From NCBI GenBank assembly GCA_036677445.1, contig JAVBWI010000026.1:271-64270 (forward strand): a stretch of 64,000 nt of DNA, written 5' to 3'. This stretch comes from Clostridia bacterium. Its GTDB lineage: Bacteria; Bacillota; Clostridia; Christensenellales; CAG-138. The notes under the pieces are model-generated. The model was not told the origin of the DNA and ran no database searches. It was given only the letters and a program-made list of their open reading frames with translations. A program made the translations under genes and the position numbers. Below are positions 36,055 to 46,152 of this stretch, piece by piece (position 1 is the first letter of the stretch; every line of letters starts with the position of its first letter).

Positions 36055-36303
36055 TCTATGCTCTCCTTTGCTGCGTACGTGCGTATGCGCGACTGCCTTT
36101 GACTTATATATATGCACATAAAAAGCCATTGGATAACGGTACCGCGCGAACAGAAACACGATTGGGAGTCCGGCCGTTTTACTCCAATAAAAAGGCTGGA
36201 TACAGGGAAGAAAAAATTTGCCGGGAGCCCTTGACTCTCCCCTTACTGGAACGATTATACTCAGCACAAGAACATGTTCTAAATTGATCCGGGCGGTGAT
36301 GAA

Positions 36304-37101
36304 ATGCTTACCATAGGGGAATTCTCAGGCATCTGCCGGGTATCGGTCAAAACGCTGCGCTACTACGACCAGATCGGCCTGTTTAAGCCCGGCCGCGTAA
36401 ACGGGGAAAACGGCTACCGGTATTACGAAGTTCCGCAGCTTCGGGAGATACTGTTGATATCCAGGCTCAAGCAGTACCGGTTCTCCCTGCCGGAAATAGC
36501 GGCGATACTCGCTAAAAACGATGCCGAGTATCTCGCCGCGAGCATCCGGAGCAAGCAAGAGGAGATCGCCCGAGAGATCGCCGAGCAGCAAAGCGTCCTG
36601 CGCGCGATGAAACAGGATATCGAAAAAATTGAAAGGTGTGGAACATTTATGAATGAAGCTTATACCGTAAAAACGGTTACAATGCAGCCAAAAACAATTT
36701 GTACGCTCAGAAGGAAGATGGGAATCAAGGATTTTGGCGCGGCGTTCGGCGACCTTTGCGCCGGCCTGGGGAAGCGCGGCCTGAAACCGTGCGGGCCTTT
36801 CCTTTCCATCTATCACGATGAGGAATTCGACAGGGAATGTTCCGATATCGAGGTCGGCGTCGAGGTTGATTCGGGAAGCGGCGAGCATGTGCGCACGTTT
36901 GCCCCGGGACTGTGCTGCTTTGCGACGCACATTGGCCCTTACGACGATTTTTCGCAGTGCTATACGGCGCTGGCCGAGTGGATGGAAGGCGAAGGGTATA
37001 CCGTATCCGGTCCTCCCTTCGAGTTATACATTAAGGGATGCGAAAGCAACGTACTGCCAAGCGCGTATGTGACCGAAATCTATTTCCCCATCACCAGGTA
37101 A
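36304..37101 (+). CDS. MerR-family regulator with GyrI-like effector domain (BmrR-type)
   Basis: N-terminal MerR HTH (MLTIGEFSGICRVSVKTLRYYDQIGL), a coiled linker, and a GyrI-like C-domain. Confidence 0.85.
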   Translation: MLTIGEFSGICRVSVKTLRYYDQIGLFKPGRVNGENGYRYYEVPQLREILLISRLKQYRFSLPEIAAILAKNDAEYLAASIRSKQEEIAREIAEQQSVLRAMKQDIEKIERCGTFMNEAYTVKTVTMQPKTICTLRRKMGIKDFGAAFGDLCAGLGKRGLKPCGPFLSIYHDEEFDRECSDIEVGVEVDSGSGEHVRTFAPGLCCFATHIGPYDDFSQCYTALAEWMEGEGYTVSGPPFELYIKGCESNVLPSAYVTEIYFPITR

Positions 37102-37106
37102 ACAGG

Positions 37107-37135
37107 CAAGGGCCGGTCCGGTGGACCGGCCCTTG
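37107..37135 (+). terminator. stem-loop after the MerR gene
   Basis: 13-bp perfect stem CAAGGGCCGGTCC/GGACCGGCCCTTG with a 3-nt loop. No T-tract follows, so function as an intrinsic terminator is uncertain. Confidence 0.45.
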
Positions 37136-37142
37136 AGATTGT

Positions 37143-37300
37143 CAAAAAAGTGACTGCGTCACTTTTTTGAGCTTCACAGGAACCGTCTGCATCTTTAATG
37201 GCGGCGACGGCCCACAGGCCTAGTGTCCGAGGCGTCTCCCGCCGAGGACCGGCGGTTCCTGCAAGGGAAGCCTTGCGCCGCAAGGCTTTTCGCTCGCGCC
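37143..37300. repeat. hairpin / GC-rich modular intergenic repeat (family B related)
   Basis: Contains the A-tract/stem/T-tract hairpin CAAAAAAGTGAC-TGC-GTCACTTTTTTG (37143-37169) and the long-range pairing CAGGAACCG (37177-37185) / CGGTTCCTG (37253-37261). The 26-mer at 37204-37229 is shared with 16511-16536. Confidence 0.6.
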
Positions 37301-37556
37301 GCACATGTCGCCGCTCGCGAATGAAGCCTATTACGGTAGTAGTTTGCTAGCCATCAAAGACTTTCTTGACACTCTGAAGGGCGAACTACCCGATCGGCCC
37401 TTATTGCATGAATCAGGATGCCGTACATTGCGGTATTTCTTCCGCGAATCCCACGTATGGTATATGGAACACCATATACGTCTGCAACTGCGCGTAAAAT
37501 CATTTCAGAAACAGATCAAAAGGTCGCGGCGTAAATCCAACGTGAAGGAGAACGGC

Positions 37557-38150
37557 ATGGAATTGCATGCGGTGAAAGCCTTTTTCGATGAGCAGGCACA
37601 GCGGTGGGATTCCATTTGCTATCACGATGCGCGGAAGCTCCAGTATATATTATCCGTATGTGATTTGCTGCCCGGGCAGCGGATAATAGACATTGCGTGC
37701 GGCACGGGCGTATTGTTCCCTATGCTGCTGGAAGCGGCGCCCGCGCGGCTTCTGGGGGTGGATCTTTCCGAGGCCATGCTGCAAATGGCGCGGAATAAGC
37801 TTCGGGATACGCGCCTGGAGCTTCTGGCGGCGGATTTTTTGGATATGGAGGAATCCGAATTCGACAGGGCGATACTCTACAGCGCATACCCGCATTTTTT
37901 TGATAAGGCGGCGCTTGCAAAAAAACTATGGGCGGTGCTTGCGCCCGGCGGGCGCTTTACAATCGCGCACAGCCAGGGCCGCGAACAGATCAACGCCATG
38001 CATACACGGCGCGGCGCCGACCCTATTTCCGCCCCCCTGCAATCTGCGGCCAAAGAGCGGCGCTGGTTTCATCCATGGTTCAATGTCGATGCCTGTGTGG
38101 ATACCAAAGAGCTGTTTATTCTTTCCGGAGTCAAGCCCATAGACATTTAA
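37557..38150 (+). CDS. class I SAM-dependent methyltransferase
   Basis: ATG at 37557 follows GAAGGAG. SAM motif I is IIDIACGTG. The track's longer ORF from 37305 runs through the upstream repeat and has no RBS. Confidence 0.8.
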   Translation: MELHAVKAFFDEQAQRWDSICYHDARKLQYILSVCDLLPGQRIIDIACGTGVLFPMLLEAAPARLLGVDLSEAMLQMARNKLRDTRLELLAADFLDMEESEFDRAILYSAYPHFFDKAALAKKLWAVLAPGGRFTIAHSQGREQINAMHTRRGADPISAPLQSAAKERRWFHPWFNVDACVDTKELFILSGVKPIDI

Positions 38151-38245
38151 AACTCAGATTATCGTATCTTTCATATAAAATGGATTTTTTGGAAACGGCA
38201 GTAACCTGCATGCCGCACCTGCTGGTTGCTTGGCGCGCCGCTAAA

Positions 38246-38303
38246 CTTGACAAACGAACCCCACATTGCTATTATTAGTTAGTCAATCTAAGTATATTTA
38301 GAT
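38246..38303 (+). promoter_or_regulatory. fab operon promoter candidate and palindromic operator candidate
   Basis: TTGACA (38246-38251), 17 nt, TATTAT (38269-38274). Then the inverted repeat ATCTAA-N6-TTAGAT (38286-38303), just upstream of the MarR/FabT-like gene. Confidence 0.5.
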
Positions 38304-38316
38304 CAGAGGTGTGAAG

Positions 38317-38778
38317 ATGGATGAGTTTTCGACGCATTTGAACGATTTATTTGTGGATACCTTTCGAAGCATCCTCAAAGTCGAAGAAGAAATGCTCAAG
38401 GGGTACGAATCTATCAACCTTACGATCAGCGAAATGCATTTGATCGAATCCGTGGGCAAATGCAGGCAGCAGGGCAGAACCATCAGCAGCATCGCGGAGG
38501 ATATTGGTATTACGCTGCCCTCGGTGACGGTCGCGATCAATAAGCTGCAAAGGAAAGGGTATGTGGAAAAAGTGCGCGGCGAGGCGGACAGCCGTACGGT
38601 ATTCGTCAAGCTGACCAGGACAGGCAGGCGTGTGGACGCAGCCCACCGCTATTTTCATGAAAATATGGTGCGAAACGTCGCAAGTGAAATGACTGAAGAA
38701 GAGAAACAGGCTTTGGTAAAGGGCATCGTCAAGCTGAATTCCTTCTTCAAAGGAAAGTTAAATAAATCGGAGGCATAA
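38317..38778 (+). CDS. MarR-family regulator, FabT-like by position
   Basis: The ATG follows GAGGTG. It has a winged HTH (INLTISEMHLIESVG...ITLPSVTVAINKLQRKGYV) and is the first gene of the fab cluster, as fabT is in streptococci. Confidence 0.75.
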   Translation: MDEFSTHLNDLFVDTFRSILKVEEEMLKGYESINLTISEMHLIESVGKCRQQGRTISSIAEDIGITLPSVTVAINKLQRKGYVEKVRGEADSRTVFVKLTRTGRRVDAAHRYFHENMVRNVASEMTEEEKQALVKGIVKLNSFFKGKLNKSEA

Positions 38779-39753
38779 ATGAGCTTTTCCCTGATCGGTA
38801 CCGGAAGCGCATATCCTGCGCGCAGCGTCACAAATGATGAATTGTCGCAGTTGGTGGATACGTCGGATGCGTGGATCAAGACCCGCACCGGGGTGCGGGA
38901 TAGGCATATTCTCGGCGACGAAACGCTCACACAGATCGTACACCGTGCGGCGCAGCTCGCGCTGGAGGATGCGGGCGTTGCGCCCCAAGAATTGGATCTC
39001 ATATTGTGCGCAACTGTACGCAACGATTATATTACCCCTTCCATGGCCTGCGTGCTGCAAAAAAATCTTGGCGCGAGCTGTATCAGTATGGATGTGAATG
39101 CGGCCTGTTCAGGCTTTTTGTATGCGATGGACGTGGCGGACGGATATTTCGCGCGCAAACGGGTAAAAAAGGTGCTGGTGGTGGCGGCGGAGGCCATGTC
39201 CAAGCTGGCGGACTGGAAGGATCGTGCCACCTGCGTGCTCTTTGGCGACGGCGCGGGCGCTGTGGTGCTTTCGGAGGGCGACGACCTGCTGTCGCTGCGC
39301 ATCACGGCAAGCGGCAATACGGAGTCCCTGTATATCCCGCATGTGGAGGGCAACTGCCCTTTTACGCAGCATGCCAAGACGCAGCCTTTCGTGTATATGA
39401 ACGGGCAGGATGTCTATAAATTTGCTGTCTCCTCTTTATGCCATGATCTCACCGCGGTCATCGAAGATGCCGGATTGAGCCAGGAAGAAATCGATTACGT
39501 ACTGCCGCATCAGGCGAACAGCAGGATTATCGACGCCGCCAAGGGCAGGCTGCGCATCGACCCTGAACGATACCTGACCAATATCGAGCATTTTGGCAAT
39601 ACTTCCGCCGCGAGCATTCCCATACTTCTGGATGAGTGCAATCGCGCGCAAATCTTCCGCAAAGGCGATTTGCTCGCGTTTAGCGCGTTTGGCGGGGGCT
39701 TTACAACCGGCGCCTGTGTGCTGCGCTGGAGCAAAGGCACCCAACCGCAATAA
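38779..39753 (+). CDS. fabH: 3-oxoacyl-ACP synthase III
   Basis: Active-site Cys context NAACSGF, plus the His/Asn motifs (PHQAN, GNTSAASIP). Confidence 0.92.
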   Translation: MSFSLIGTGSAYPARSVTNDELSQLVDTSDAWIKTRTGVRDRHILGDETLTQIVHRAAQLALEDAGVAPQELDLILCATVRNDYITPSMACVLQKNLGASCISMDVNAACSGFLYAMDVADGYFARKRVKKVLVVAAEAMSKLADWKDRATCVLFGDGAGAVVLSEGDDLLSLRITASGNTESLYIPHVEGNCPFTQHAKTQPFVYMNGQDVYKFAVSSLCHDLTAVIEDAGLSQEEIDYVLPHQANSRIIDAAKGRLRIDPERYLTNIEHFGNTSAASIPILLDECNRAQIFRKGDLLAFSAFGGGFTTGACVLRWSKGTQPQ

Positions 39754-39781
39754 TCTTATTATTTTAATGGAGGGCAATCAC

Positions 39782-40024
39782 ATGGTATTCGAAAAAATCG
39801 TTCGTATTCTCGCAGACTTCAAGGATATCGATGCACAGAGCATAACGCCCGAAAGCACATTCGAGCAGCTGGCGCTCGATTCGCTTGACAGGGTGGAGCT
39901 CATTATGAACTTCGAGGAGGAATTCAACATCCAGATCGAGATGAACGAATCCATCCGGACGATACAGGATCTTGTGGATGAGATTGAAAAACTGTGCAAG
40001 GCACAGGGGAGGGCAATCCAATGA
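39782..40024 (+). CDS. acpP: acyl carrier protein
   Basis: 80 aa from the ATG after GGAGGG, with the phosphopantetheine attachment motif LDSLD. Confidence 0.9.
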   Translation: MVFEKIVRILADFKDIDAQSITPESTFEQLALDSLDRVELIMNFEEEFNIQIEMNESIRTIQDLVDEIEKLCKAQGRAIQ

Positions 40025-40965
40025 GGACCGCGCTGTGCGACCTGTTGGGTATTGAGCACCCCATATTGCAGGGAGGCATGGCGTGGGTAGCGGACGCTTC
40101 CCTGGCTTCTGCCGTGAGCAACGGCGGGGGCTTGGGTATCGTTTCCGCCATGAACGCCGACGCGAACTGGCTGCGCAATGAAATCCGCAGCGCACGCGCG
40201 CACACGGATAAGCCCTTCGGCGTAAACATCATGCTGATGAGTCCCTTCGTGGACGATGTGGCGCAGGTGGTGTTGGAAGAGGGTGTGCCGGTCGTGACCA
40301 CGGGCGCGGGCAACCCCGCAAAGTATATGCGCGCGTGGGTGGAGGCAGGCATCAAAGTGATCCCCGTTGTCCCTTCTACCGCCGTCGCCAAGCTGGTTGT
40401 GCGCAGCGGCGCTTCCGCCGTCATTGCCGAAGGCGGGGAGTCGGGCGGCCATGTAGGGGAGCTTACCACCATGACGCTGGTGCCGCAGGTATGCGACGCG
40501 GTGAATGTGCCGGTGATTGCCGCGGGCGGCATCGCCGACGGGCGCGGCGTGGCGGCCGCCTTCATGCTCGGCGCTGTCGGCGTGCAGGTGGGAACCAGAT
40601 TCTTGGTAGCCAGCGAATGCACCATACACCAAAATTACAAGGATAAAATATTGCAGGCAAAGGATATCGACACCGCGACGGCAGGCAAACGTTTAGGCCA
40701 CCCCGTCCGTGCGATGCGCAACGCGTTCATGCGGGAATTCATCCGCAGGGAATATGACAGCAGCATCACCAACGAGGAACTGGAAGCCTACGGCGCGGGC
40801 GCGCTCCGGCTTGCGGCGCGCGAAGGGGATGTGAAGAACGGCAGCGTCATGGCGGGGCAGATTGCAGCCATGGTCAACCGGGAACAGCCAGCGTGCGAAA
40901 TCATACGCGAAATGATGGCCGAGGCCGAGGCGCTGTTAATGGGAGGCGGCCGATGGGCGCAATAG
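40021..40965 (+). CDS. fabK: enoyl-ACP reductase II (FMN-dependent, nitronate monooxygenase fold)
   Basis: N-terminus LLGIEHPILQGGMAWV, and the GGESGGH and AAGGIADGRG motifs. Confidence 0.9.
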   Translation: MRTALCDLLGIEHPILQGGMAWVADASLASAVSNGGGLGIVSAMNADANWLRNEIRSARAHTDKPFGVNIMLMSPFVDDVAQVVLEEGVPVVTTGAGNPAKYMRAWVEAGIKVIPVVPSTAVAKLVVRSGASAVIAEGGESGGHVGELTTMTLVPQVCDAVNVPVIAAGGIADGRGVAAAFMLGAVGVQVGTRFLVASECTIHQNYKDKILQAKDIDTATAGKRLGHPVRAMRNAFMREFIRREYDSSITNEELEAYGAGALRLAAREGDVKNGSVMAGQIAAMVNREQPACEIIREMMAEAEALLMGGGRWAQ

Positions 40966-41894
40966 CCTTTTTATTCGCCGGGCAGGGCGCGCAATATACG
41001 GGCATGGGCAAAGAGCTTTTTGAATGCTCGGGCGTGGCGCGCGCGGTATTCGATATGGCGGATTCCCTGCGCCCGCAAACGAGCAGCCAGTGCTTTACGG
41101 CTCCGAAGGAAGAATTATCAGAGACTATCAATACGCAGCCGTGCCTGTTCGCGGTGGATCTTGCCGCCGCGCGCGCGCTGCAGGAAGCGGGGGTAAAGCC
41201 CGACGCCGTGGCTGGGTTTTCGCTCGGAGAGGTCGCCGCGCTGACGTTTGCAGGCATGCTTTCGGATGAGGACGGCTTCCGCTTGGTGATGCGGCGCGCC
41301 GCGCTTATGCAACGGGAGGCGGAGCGCTTTCCCGGCGGCATGGCCGCGGTGCTCAAGCTTAGTAACGGGCAGGTAGAAGCGCTTTGCCATGAATTTCCGG
41401 GCGTATATCCCGTCAACTACAATTGCCCCGGACAGTTGGTGGTCGCAGGCGAAAAAGAGGCGCTTGCAGCGTTTTGCAGCGCTGTGCAGGAAAAAGGCGG
41501 GCGGGCGGTGCCGCTTGCCGTCAACGGTGCGTTCCATTCTCCTTATATGGCCGAATCAGCAAAAATATTAGAAACGGAATTATCTTTTTATACATTCCAT
41601 GCGGCCATGTATCCGGTCTATGCGAACCGTACGGCGCAGCCTTATCCCGCATCTGCCGTACAAACGCTTGCGAAACAGGTTTGCTCGCACGTGCTGTGGC
41701 AAAACACCATAGAGGCAATGGCGGCAAAAGGCATCAATACGTTTATTGAGGTCGGCCCCGGAAAAACGCTCGGCGGGTTCCTGAAAAAAATCGATCCTTC
41801 GCTTGCATACTGCAATGTACAGGACAAACAGAGTCTGCAGGAGACGCTGCAATATCTTGACAAAGAGGTGGGAGCATGCTCAATGGCAAAATAG
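40953..41894 (+). CDS. fabD: malonyl-CoA:ACP transacylase
   Basis: FAGQGAQYTGMG, the active-site motif GFSLGE, and NGAFHS. Confidence 0.92.
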   Translation: MGAIAFLFAGQGAQYTGMGKELFECSGVARAVFDMADSLRPQTSSQCFTAPKEELSETINTQPCLFAVDLAAARALQEAGVKPDAVAGFSLGEVAALTFAGMLSDEDGFRLVMRRAALMQREAERFPGGMAAVLKLSNGQVEALCHEFPGVYPVNYNCPGQLVVAGEKEALAAFCSAVQEKGGRAVPLAVNGAFHSPYMAESAKILETELSFYTFHAAMYPVYANRTAQPYPASAVQTLAKQVCSHVLWQNTIEAMAAKGINTFIEVGPGKTLGGFLKKIDPSLAYCNVQDKQSLQETLQYLDKEVGACSMAK

Positions 41895-42616
41895 CGGTCG
41901 TGACCGGCGCATCCCGCGGAATAGGCAAGGCAATCGCGATCGCATTGGCGGCCGAGGGCGCGGACATTGCGCTCATCTACGCGGGCAACGAGGCCGCGGC
42001 GGCCGAAACGTGCGGGCATATCCGCGCGCTGGGGGTCAGGGCGGAGGCCTTCCGCTGCGATGTTTCGGATTTTTCCGCAACGAAGGAAATGGTGAAACAA
42101 ATTCTTGCGCAGTTCGGCGGCGCCGATATCCTTGTAAACAACGCGGGCATTACGCGCGACGGCCTGCTGCTAACCATGCAGGAAGCGGATTATGATGCGG
42201 TGCTGGATACGAACCTGAAAGGCACGTACAACATGATCAAGCACACCGCGCCGCACTTTATTAAAAAAAGGAGCGGGCGCATTATCAACATCTCTTCCAT
42301 CGCGGGCCTGATCGGAAACGCCGGGCAGGCCAATTACGCGGCGGCCAAGGCAGGGATGATCGGGCTGACGAAAGCGGTCGCGAAGGAGCTTGCCTCGCGC
42401 GGCGTCACTTGTAACGCCATCGCGCCGGGCTTTATTCAAACCGATATGACGGACGTCCTGCCGGAGAAAACGCAGCAGGCGCTGCTGGACGCCATCCCCA
42501 TGAAGCGCATGGGCGCGGCCGAAGAAGTTGCCGCGCTGGCGGCGTTCCTGGCGGGGCCGCATGCCGCCTACATCACCGGCGAAGTGCTGCGGGTGGACGG
42601 CGGGCTGGCAATGTAG
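41876..42616 (+). CDS. fabG: 3-oxoacyl-ACP reductase
   Basis: SDR motifs TGASRGIG, NNAG and YAAAK. Confidence 0.92.
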   Translation: MLNGKIAVVTGASRGIGKAIAIALAAEGADIALIYAGNEAAAAETCGHIRALGVRAEAFRCDVSDFSATKEMVKQILAQFGGADILVNNAGITRDGLLLTMQEADYDAVLDTNLKGTYNMIKHTAPHFIKKRSGRIINISSIAGLIGNAGQANYAAAKAGMIGLTKAVAKELASRGVTCNAIAPGFIQTDMTDVLPEKTQQALLDAIPMKRMGAAEEVAALAAFLAGPHAAYITGEVLRVDGGLAM

Positions 42617-42695
42617 ACGGCGTCCCGGTTTGATTTTTCGCCGGCCCTGCAACAAGCAGACCCCTGATTTTCGAATCATTGGAGGGAAATTGTAT

Positions 42696-43934
42696 ATGAA
42701 ACGAGTCGTTATAACCGGAATGGGGGTTGTGTCCCCCGTTGGAAATACACTGGAGACATTTTGGAACAGCCTCATTGCGGGCAGCTGCGGCATCGACTTC
42801 ATCACCCGGTTCGATGCATCCGAATACAAGGTGAAGATCGCCGCCGAGGTAAAAGAATTTGATCCCACGCTGTACATGGAGAAGCAGGATATTCGGAAAA
42901 CCGACCTGTTTGCGCAATATGCCATGGCGGCCGCGGCGCAGGCCATGCAGGACAGCGCGCTGGCCGTGCGCGACCCGTACCGTCTGGGCGTATATGTGGG
43001 TTCGGGCATCGGCGGCATGGGTACATTCATGAATGAATGCCAGAAGCTTCTTGAGCAGGGGCCGCGGCGGGTTTCACCGCATTTTATTCCCATGATGATC
43101 GCGAACATCGCATCCGGGAGCATCGCCATACGCTATCAAGCGCTGGGGCCGTGCCTGCCGGTCGTCACTGCCTGCGCCACTTCCTCGCACGCTATCGGCG
43201 AAGCCTTTCGGGCGATCAAGCACGGCTATGCCGACGCGATACTCGCGGGCGGCGCGGAGGCCGTGCTCAACCCGCTTGCCGTCGCCGGGTTTACCAACTG
43301 CATGGCGCTTTCCACAAAGAACGATCCAGAGAATAGCTCCATCCCATTTGACAAACGCCGCGACGGCTTTGTCATGGGCGAGGGCGCGGGCATACTCGTG
43401 CTGGAGGAATACGAACACGCAAAAGCGCGGGGCGCAAAGATTTACGCGGAAATCTGCGGTTACGGCAACACCTGCGACGCCTACCATGTCACGGCGCCGC
43501 ATCCGGAATCGCTGAGCGCCGCGCAGGCCATACGGCTCGCGATGGGCGAGGCAGGTTTGAAAAGCGAACAGGCTGACGCACTCTACATCAATGCCCACGG
43601 CACGAGCACCCCGCTCAACGATAAAGCGGAAACGCTGGCCATCAAGAACGCGTTGGGAGAATATGCGTACAAAGCGATGATCAGCTCTACCAAATCGATG
43701 ACGGGGCATATGCTTGGCGCCGCGGGCGCGGTGGAGGCCATAGCGAGCGTTAAGGCGATTGAACAAGGTATGGTGCCTCCGACGATAGGTTATCAGGAGC
43801 CGGACCCGGATTGCGACCTGGATATCGTACCCAATTTGTGCCGCCGGGCGGACGTCCGTTTTGCGCTTTCTTTGTCGTTGGGCTTTGGCGGCCACAACGC
43901 CTGCCTGGCCTTTGTAAAAGCGGGGAAGGAGTAA
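42696..43934 (+). CDS. fabF: 3-oxoacyl-ACP synthase II
   Basis: ATG at 42696 follows GGAGGG. N-terminus MKRVVITGMGVVSPVGN, the active-site Cys (VVTACATS) and the two His motifs. Confidence 0.92.
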   Translation: MKRVVITGMGVVSPVGNTLETFWNSLIAGSCGIDFITRFDASEYKVKIAAEVKEFDPTLYMEKQDIRKTDLFAQYAMAAAAQAMQDSALAVRDPYRLGVYVGSGIGGMGTFMNECQKLLEQGPRRVSPHFIPMMIANIASGSIAIRYQALGPCLPVVTACATSSHAIGEAFRAIKHGYADAILAGGAEAVLNPLAVAGFTNCMALSTKNDPENSSIPFDKRRDGFVMGEGAGILVLEEYEHAKARGAKIYAEICGYGNTCDAYHVTAPHPESLSAAQAIRLAMGEAGLKSEQADALYINAHGTSTPLNDKAETLAIKNALGEYAYKAMISSTKSMTGHMLGAAGAVEAIASVKAIEQGMVPPTIGYQEPDPDCDLDIVPNLCRRADVRFALSLSLGFGGHNACLAFVKAGKE

Positions 43935-43937
43935 AGC

Positions 43938-44372
43938 ATGAATTTAAAAAATATTCGGGAGCTGGTGCAGCTCCTGGAAAATTCCGGCCTCAGCGTACTG
44001 GAGGTTTCGGAAGCGGATACCAAGATCCGGCTGGAAAAGGGAACGGGCCAGCAGACGGCCGCGCTTGCGGCACAGCCGGTGGTTCCAGTACCGCTCCCGA
44101 GCGCGCCGGAAGCCGACGGCGCGGTGGATTTCAATCATATCGTCGAGATAAAATCCCCGATGGTGGGCGTGTTTTACGCGGCGCCCGCGCCGGACGCAAA
44201 GCCTTTTGTGTCCGTAGGCTCGAAAGTGAAAAAGGGCGATGTGCTGTGCATCATTGAGGCCATGAAGCTGATGAATGAGATCGCCGCCGAGGTCGACGGC
44301 GAGGTCGTGGATATCTGCGTGGAAAACGGCCAGGTGGTGGAATACGCGCAGATATTGTTCAAGGTGTTTTAA
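43938..44372 (+). CDS. accB: acetyl-CoA carboxylase biotin carboxyl carrier protein
   Basis: Ala/Pro linker and the biotinylation motif EAMKLMNEI. Confidence 0.9.
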   Translation: MNLKNIRELVQLLENSGLSVLEVSEADTKIRLEKGTGQQTAALAAQPVVPVPLPSAPEADGAVDFNHIVEIKSPMVGVFYAAPAPDAKPFVSVGSKVKKGDVLCIIEAMKLMNEIAAEVDGEVVDICVENGQVVEYAQILFKVF

Positions 44373-44386
44373 CGGGGGAAAAATAT

Positions 44387-44809
44387 ATGGACAGGGAAGA
44401 ATTGAAAACAATATTGCCGCACAGGGAGCCCATGCTGCTGGTGGATGAGGCGGAGTTGATCGGGTCGGATAAAGCTTGCGGCGCTTACACCGTACGCGGG
44501 GACGAATGGTTTTTGCAGGGCCATTTTCCCGGCAACCCGGTGGTCCCGGGCGTGATACTTTGCGAAATCATGGCGCAGGCTTCCTGCGTGCTGGTCGCGC
44601 AGAAAATAAAAGGCACCACGCCTTACTTCACCGGCCTCAACCGCGTGCGGTTCCGGCGCAAGGTGGTGCCGGGCGAAACGCTGCGCATAGAAAGCACGAT
44701 TGTTAAGGAAAAAGCGCCCTTCTATTTCGCCGAGGCGACAGGTCTGGTAAATGGGGAGGTCTGCGTGAGCGCGGAATTCTCCTTCATGCTGGATAAGCAA
44801 GGGGAGTGA
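44387..44809 (+). CDS. fabZ: 3-hydroxyacyl-ACP dehydratase
   Basis: Hot-dog fold motifs LPHREPMLLVD and GHFPGNPVVPGV. Confidence 0.92.
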   Translation: MDREELKTILPHREPMLLVDEAELIGSDKACGAYTVRGDEWFLQGHFPGNPVVPGVILCEIMAQASCVLVAQKIKGTTPYFTGLNRVRFRRKVVPGETLRIESTIVKEKAPFYFAEATGLVNGEVCVSAEFSFMLDKQGE

Positions 44810-46149
44810 GGCGTTTGTTTTCCAAGATTTTGATCGCCAACCGCGGCGAAATCGCAGTGCGGATTATACGCGCCTGCAAGGAAATGGGCATCTCGACCGT
44901 CGCGGTCTTTTCCGAAGCCGACCGCGACGCGCTGCACGTTAACCTTGCTGATGAAAGCTACTGTATCGGCGCGCCCATGGCGAAGGACAGCTATCTGAAT
45001 ATGTCGGCCATACTTTCCGCGGCCGTGCTTTCGGGCGCGCAGGCCATCCACCCGGGCTACGGGCTGCTTTCCGAAAACGCCAGGTTTGCGCAGCTCTGCG
45101 GAGAATGCGGTATCGTGTTCATAGGCCCCCCGGCGGAAGTGATCATAAAGATGGGGGATAAAAACGAGGCCAGGCAAACCATGATCGGCGCGGGCGTACC
45201 CGTCATTCCCGGAAGCGGCGTGCTGCCGACGCTGGAGGAAGCGCAAAAAGCAGCGAAGGCAATCGGCTATCCCCTGCTCATTAAGGCGCGCGCGGGCGGC
45301 GGCGGACGCGGAATAAGGCTGGTGGAAGAGCCGCAGGCGTTTGAGGCAAACTACCTTGCCGCGTCTTCCGAGGCGCAAAGCGCGTTTGGAGACGGGGCTG
45401 TGTATCTTGAAAAGTACCTGTTTCCGGTAAAGCATGTCGAAATGCAGCTCTTATGCGACCGCCACGGCAACGTGGTATGTCTTGGAGAGCGGGAATGCTC
45501 CGTACAGCGCAAAAATCAAAAACTGATTGAGGAAAGCCCTTCCCCGGCGGTGGACGCGGCGCTTCGCGCACGCATGATGGAGGTTTGTATCCGCGCCGCG
45601 AAAACCGTAGGATACGAGAACGCGGGCACCATCGAGTTTTTGCTGGACGGGGACGGGAACTTCTATTTCATGGAGATGAACACCCGCCTGCAGGTAGAGC
45701 ACCCCGTGACGGAAATGGTGACCGGCATCGACCTGGTCAAATGGCAGCTCCGCATTGCGGCAGGGCTGCCGCTGCAGTTCAAACAGGAGGATATCCCCAT
45801 ACAGGGCTGTGCGATCGAGTGCCGCATCAACGCGGAAAACCCGGCGCTGCATTTTCGCCCAAGCTGCGGGCGCATTACGCTGCTGCACATACCGGGCGGG
45901 CCGTGGGTCAGGTTCGATACCGCGCTGTATCAGGATTATTTTGTGCCGCCGTATTACGATTCCATGATCGGCAAGCTGATCGTACACGCAAAAACGCGCG
46001 AGGAGGCCATCCGCAAAATGCAGGCGGCGCTTTGCGAACTTGTCGTGGAGGGGATAGACCACAACAGCGAACTGCAGGTGGAAATCCTCTCGGATGAACG
46101 GTTCTGTTCCGGCACCTACACGACCGATTTTATGGCGAAACGGGGGTAA
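44806..46149 (+). CDS. accC: acetyl-CoA carboxylase biotin carboxylase subunit
   Basis: KILIANRGEIAVR and the ATP-grasp motifs. The start is either the GTG at 44806 or the TTG at 44815. Confidence 0.92.
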   Translation: MRRLFSKILIANRGEIAVRIIRACKEMGISTVAVFSEADRDALHVNLADESYCIGAPMAKDSYLNMSAILSAAVLSGAQAIHPGYGLLSENARFAQLCGECGIVFIGPPAEVIIKMGDKNEARQTMIGAGVPVIPGSGVLPTLEEAQKAAKAIGYPLLIKARAGGGGRGIRLVEEPQAFEANYLAASSEAQSAFGDGAVYLEKYLFPVKHVEMQLLCDRHGNVVCLGERECSVQRKNQKLIEESPSPAVDAALRARMMEVCIRAAKTVGYENAGTIEFLLDGDGNFYFMEMNTRLQVEHPVTEMVTGIDLVKWQLRIAAGLPLQFKQEDIPIQGCAIECRINAENPALHFRPSCGRITLLHIPGGPWVRFDTALYQDYFVPPYYDSMIGKLIVHAKTREEAIRKMQAALCELVVEGIDHNSELQVEILSDERFCSGTYTTDFMAKRG

Positions 46150-46152
46150 GCT

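Noticed and set aside
37305-37556. N-terminal extension of the methyltransferase ORF
   Set aside because: The extension runs through the intergenic repeat and has no RBS. The internal ATG at 37557 follows GAAGGAG and gives a normal-length class I methyltransferase.
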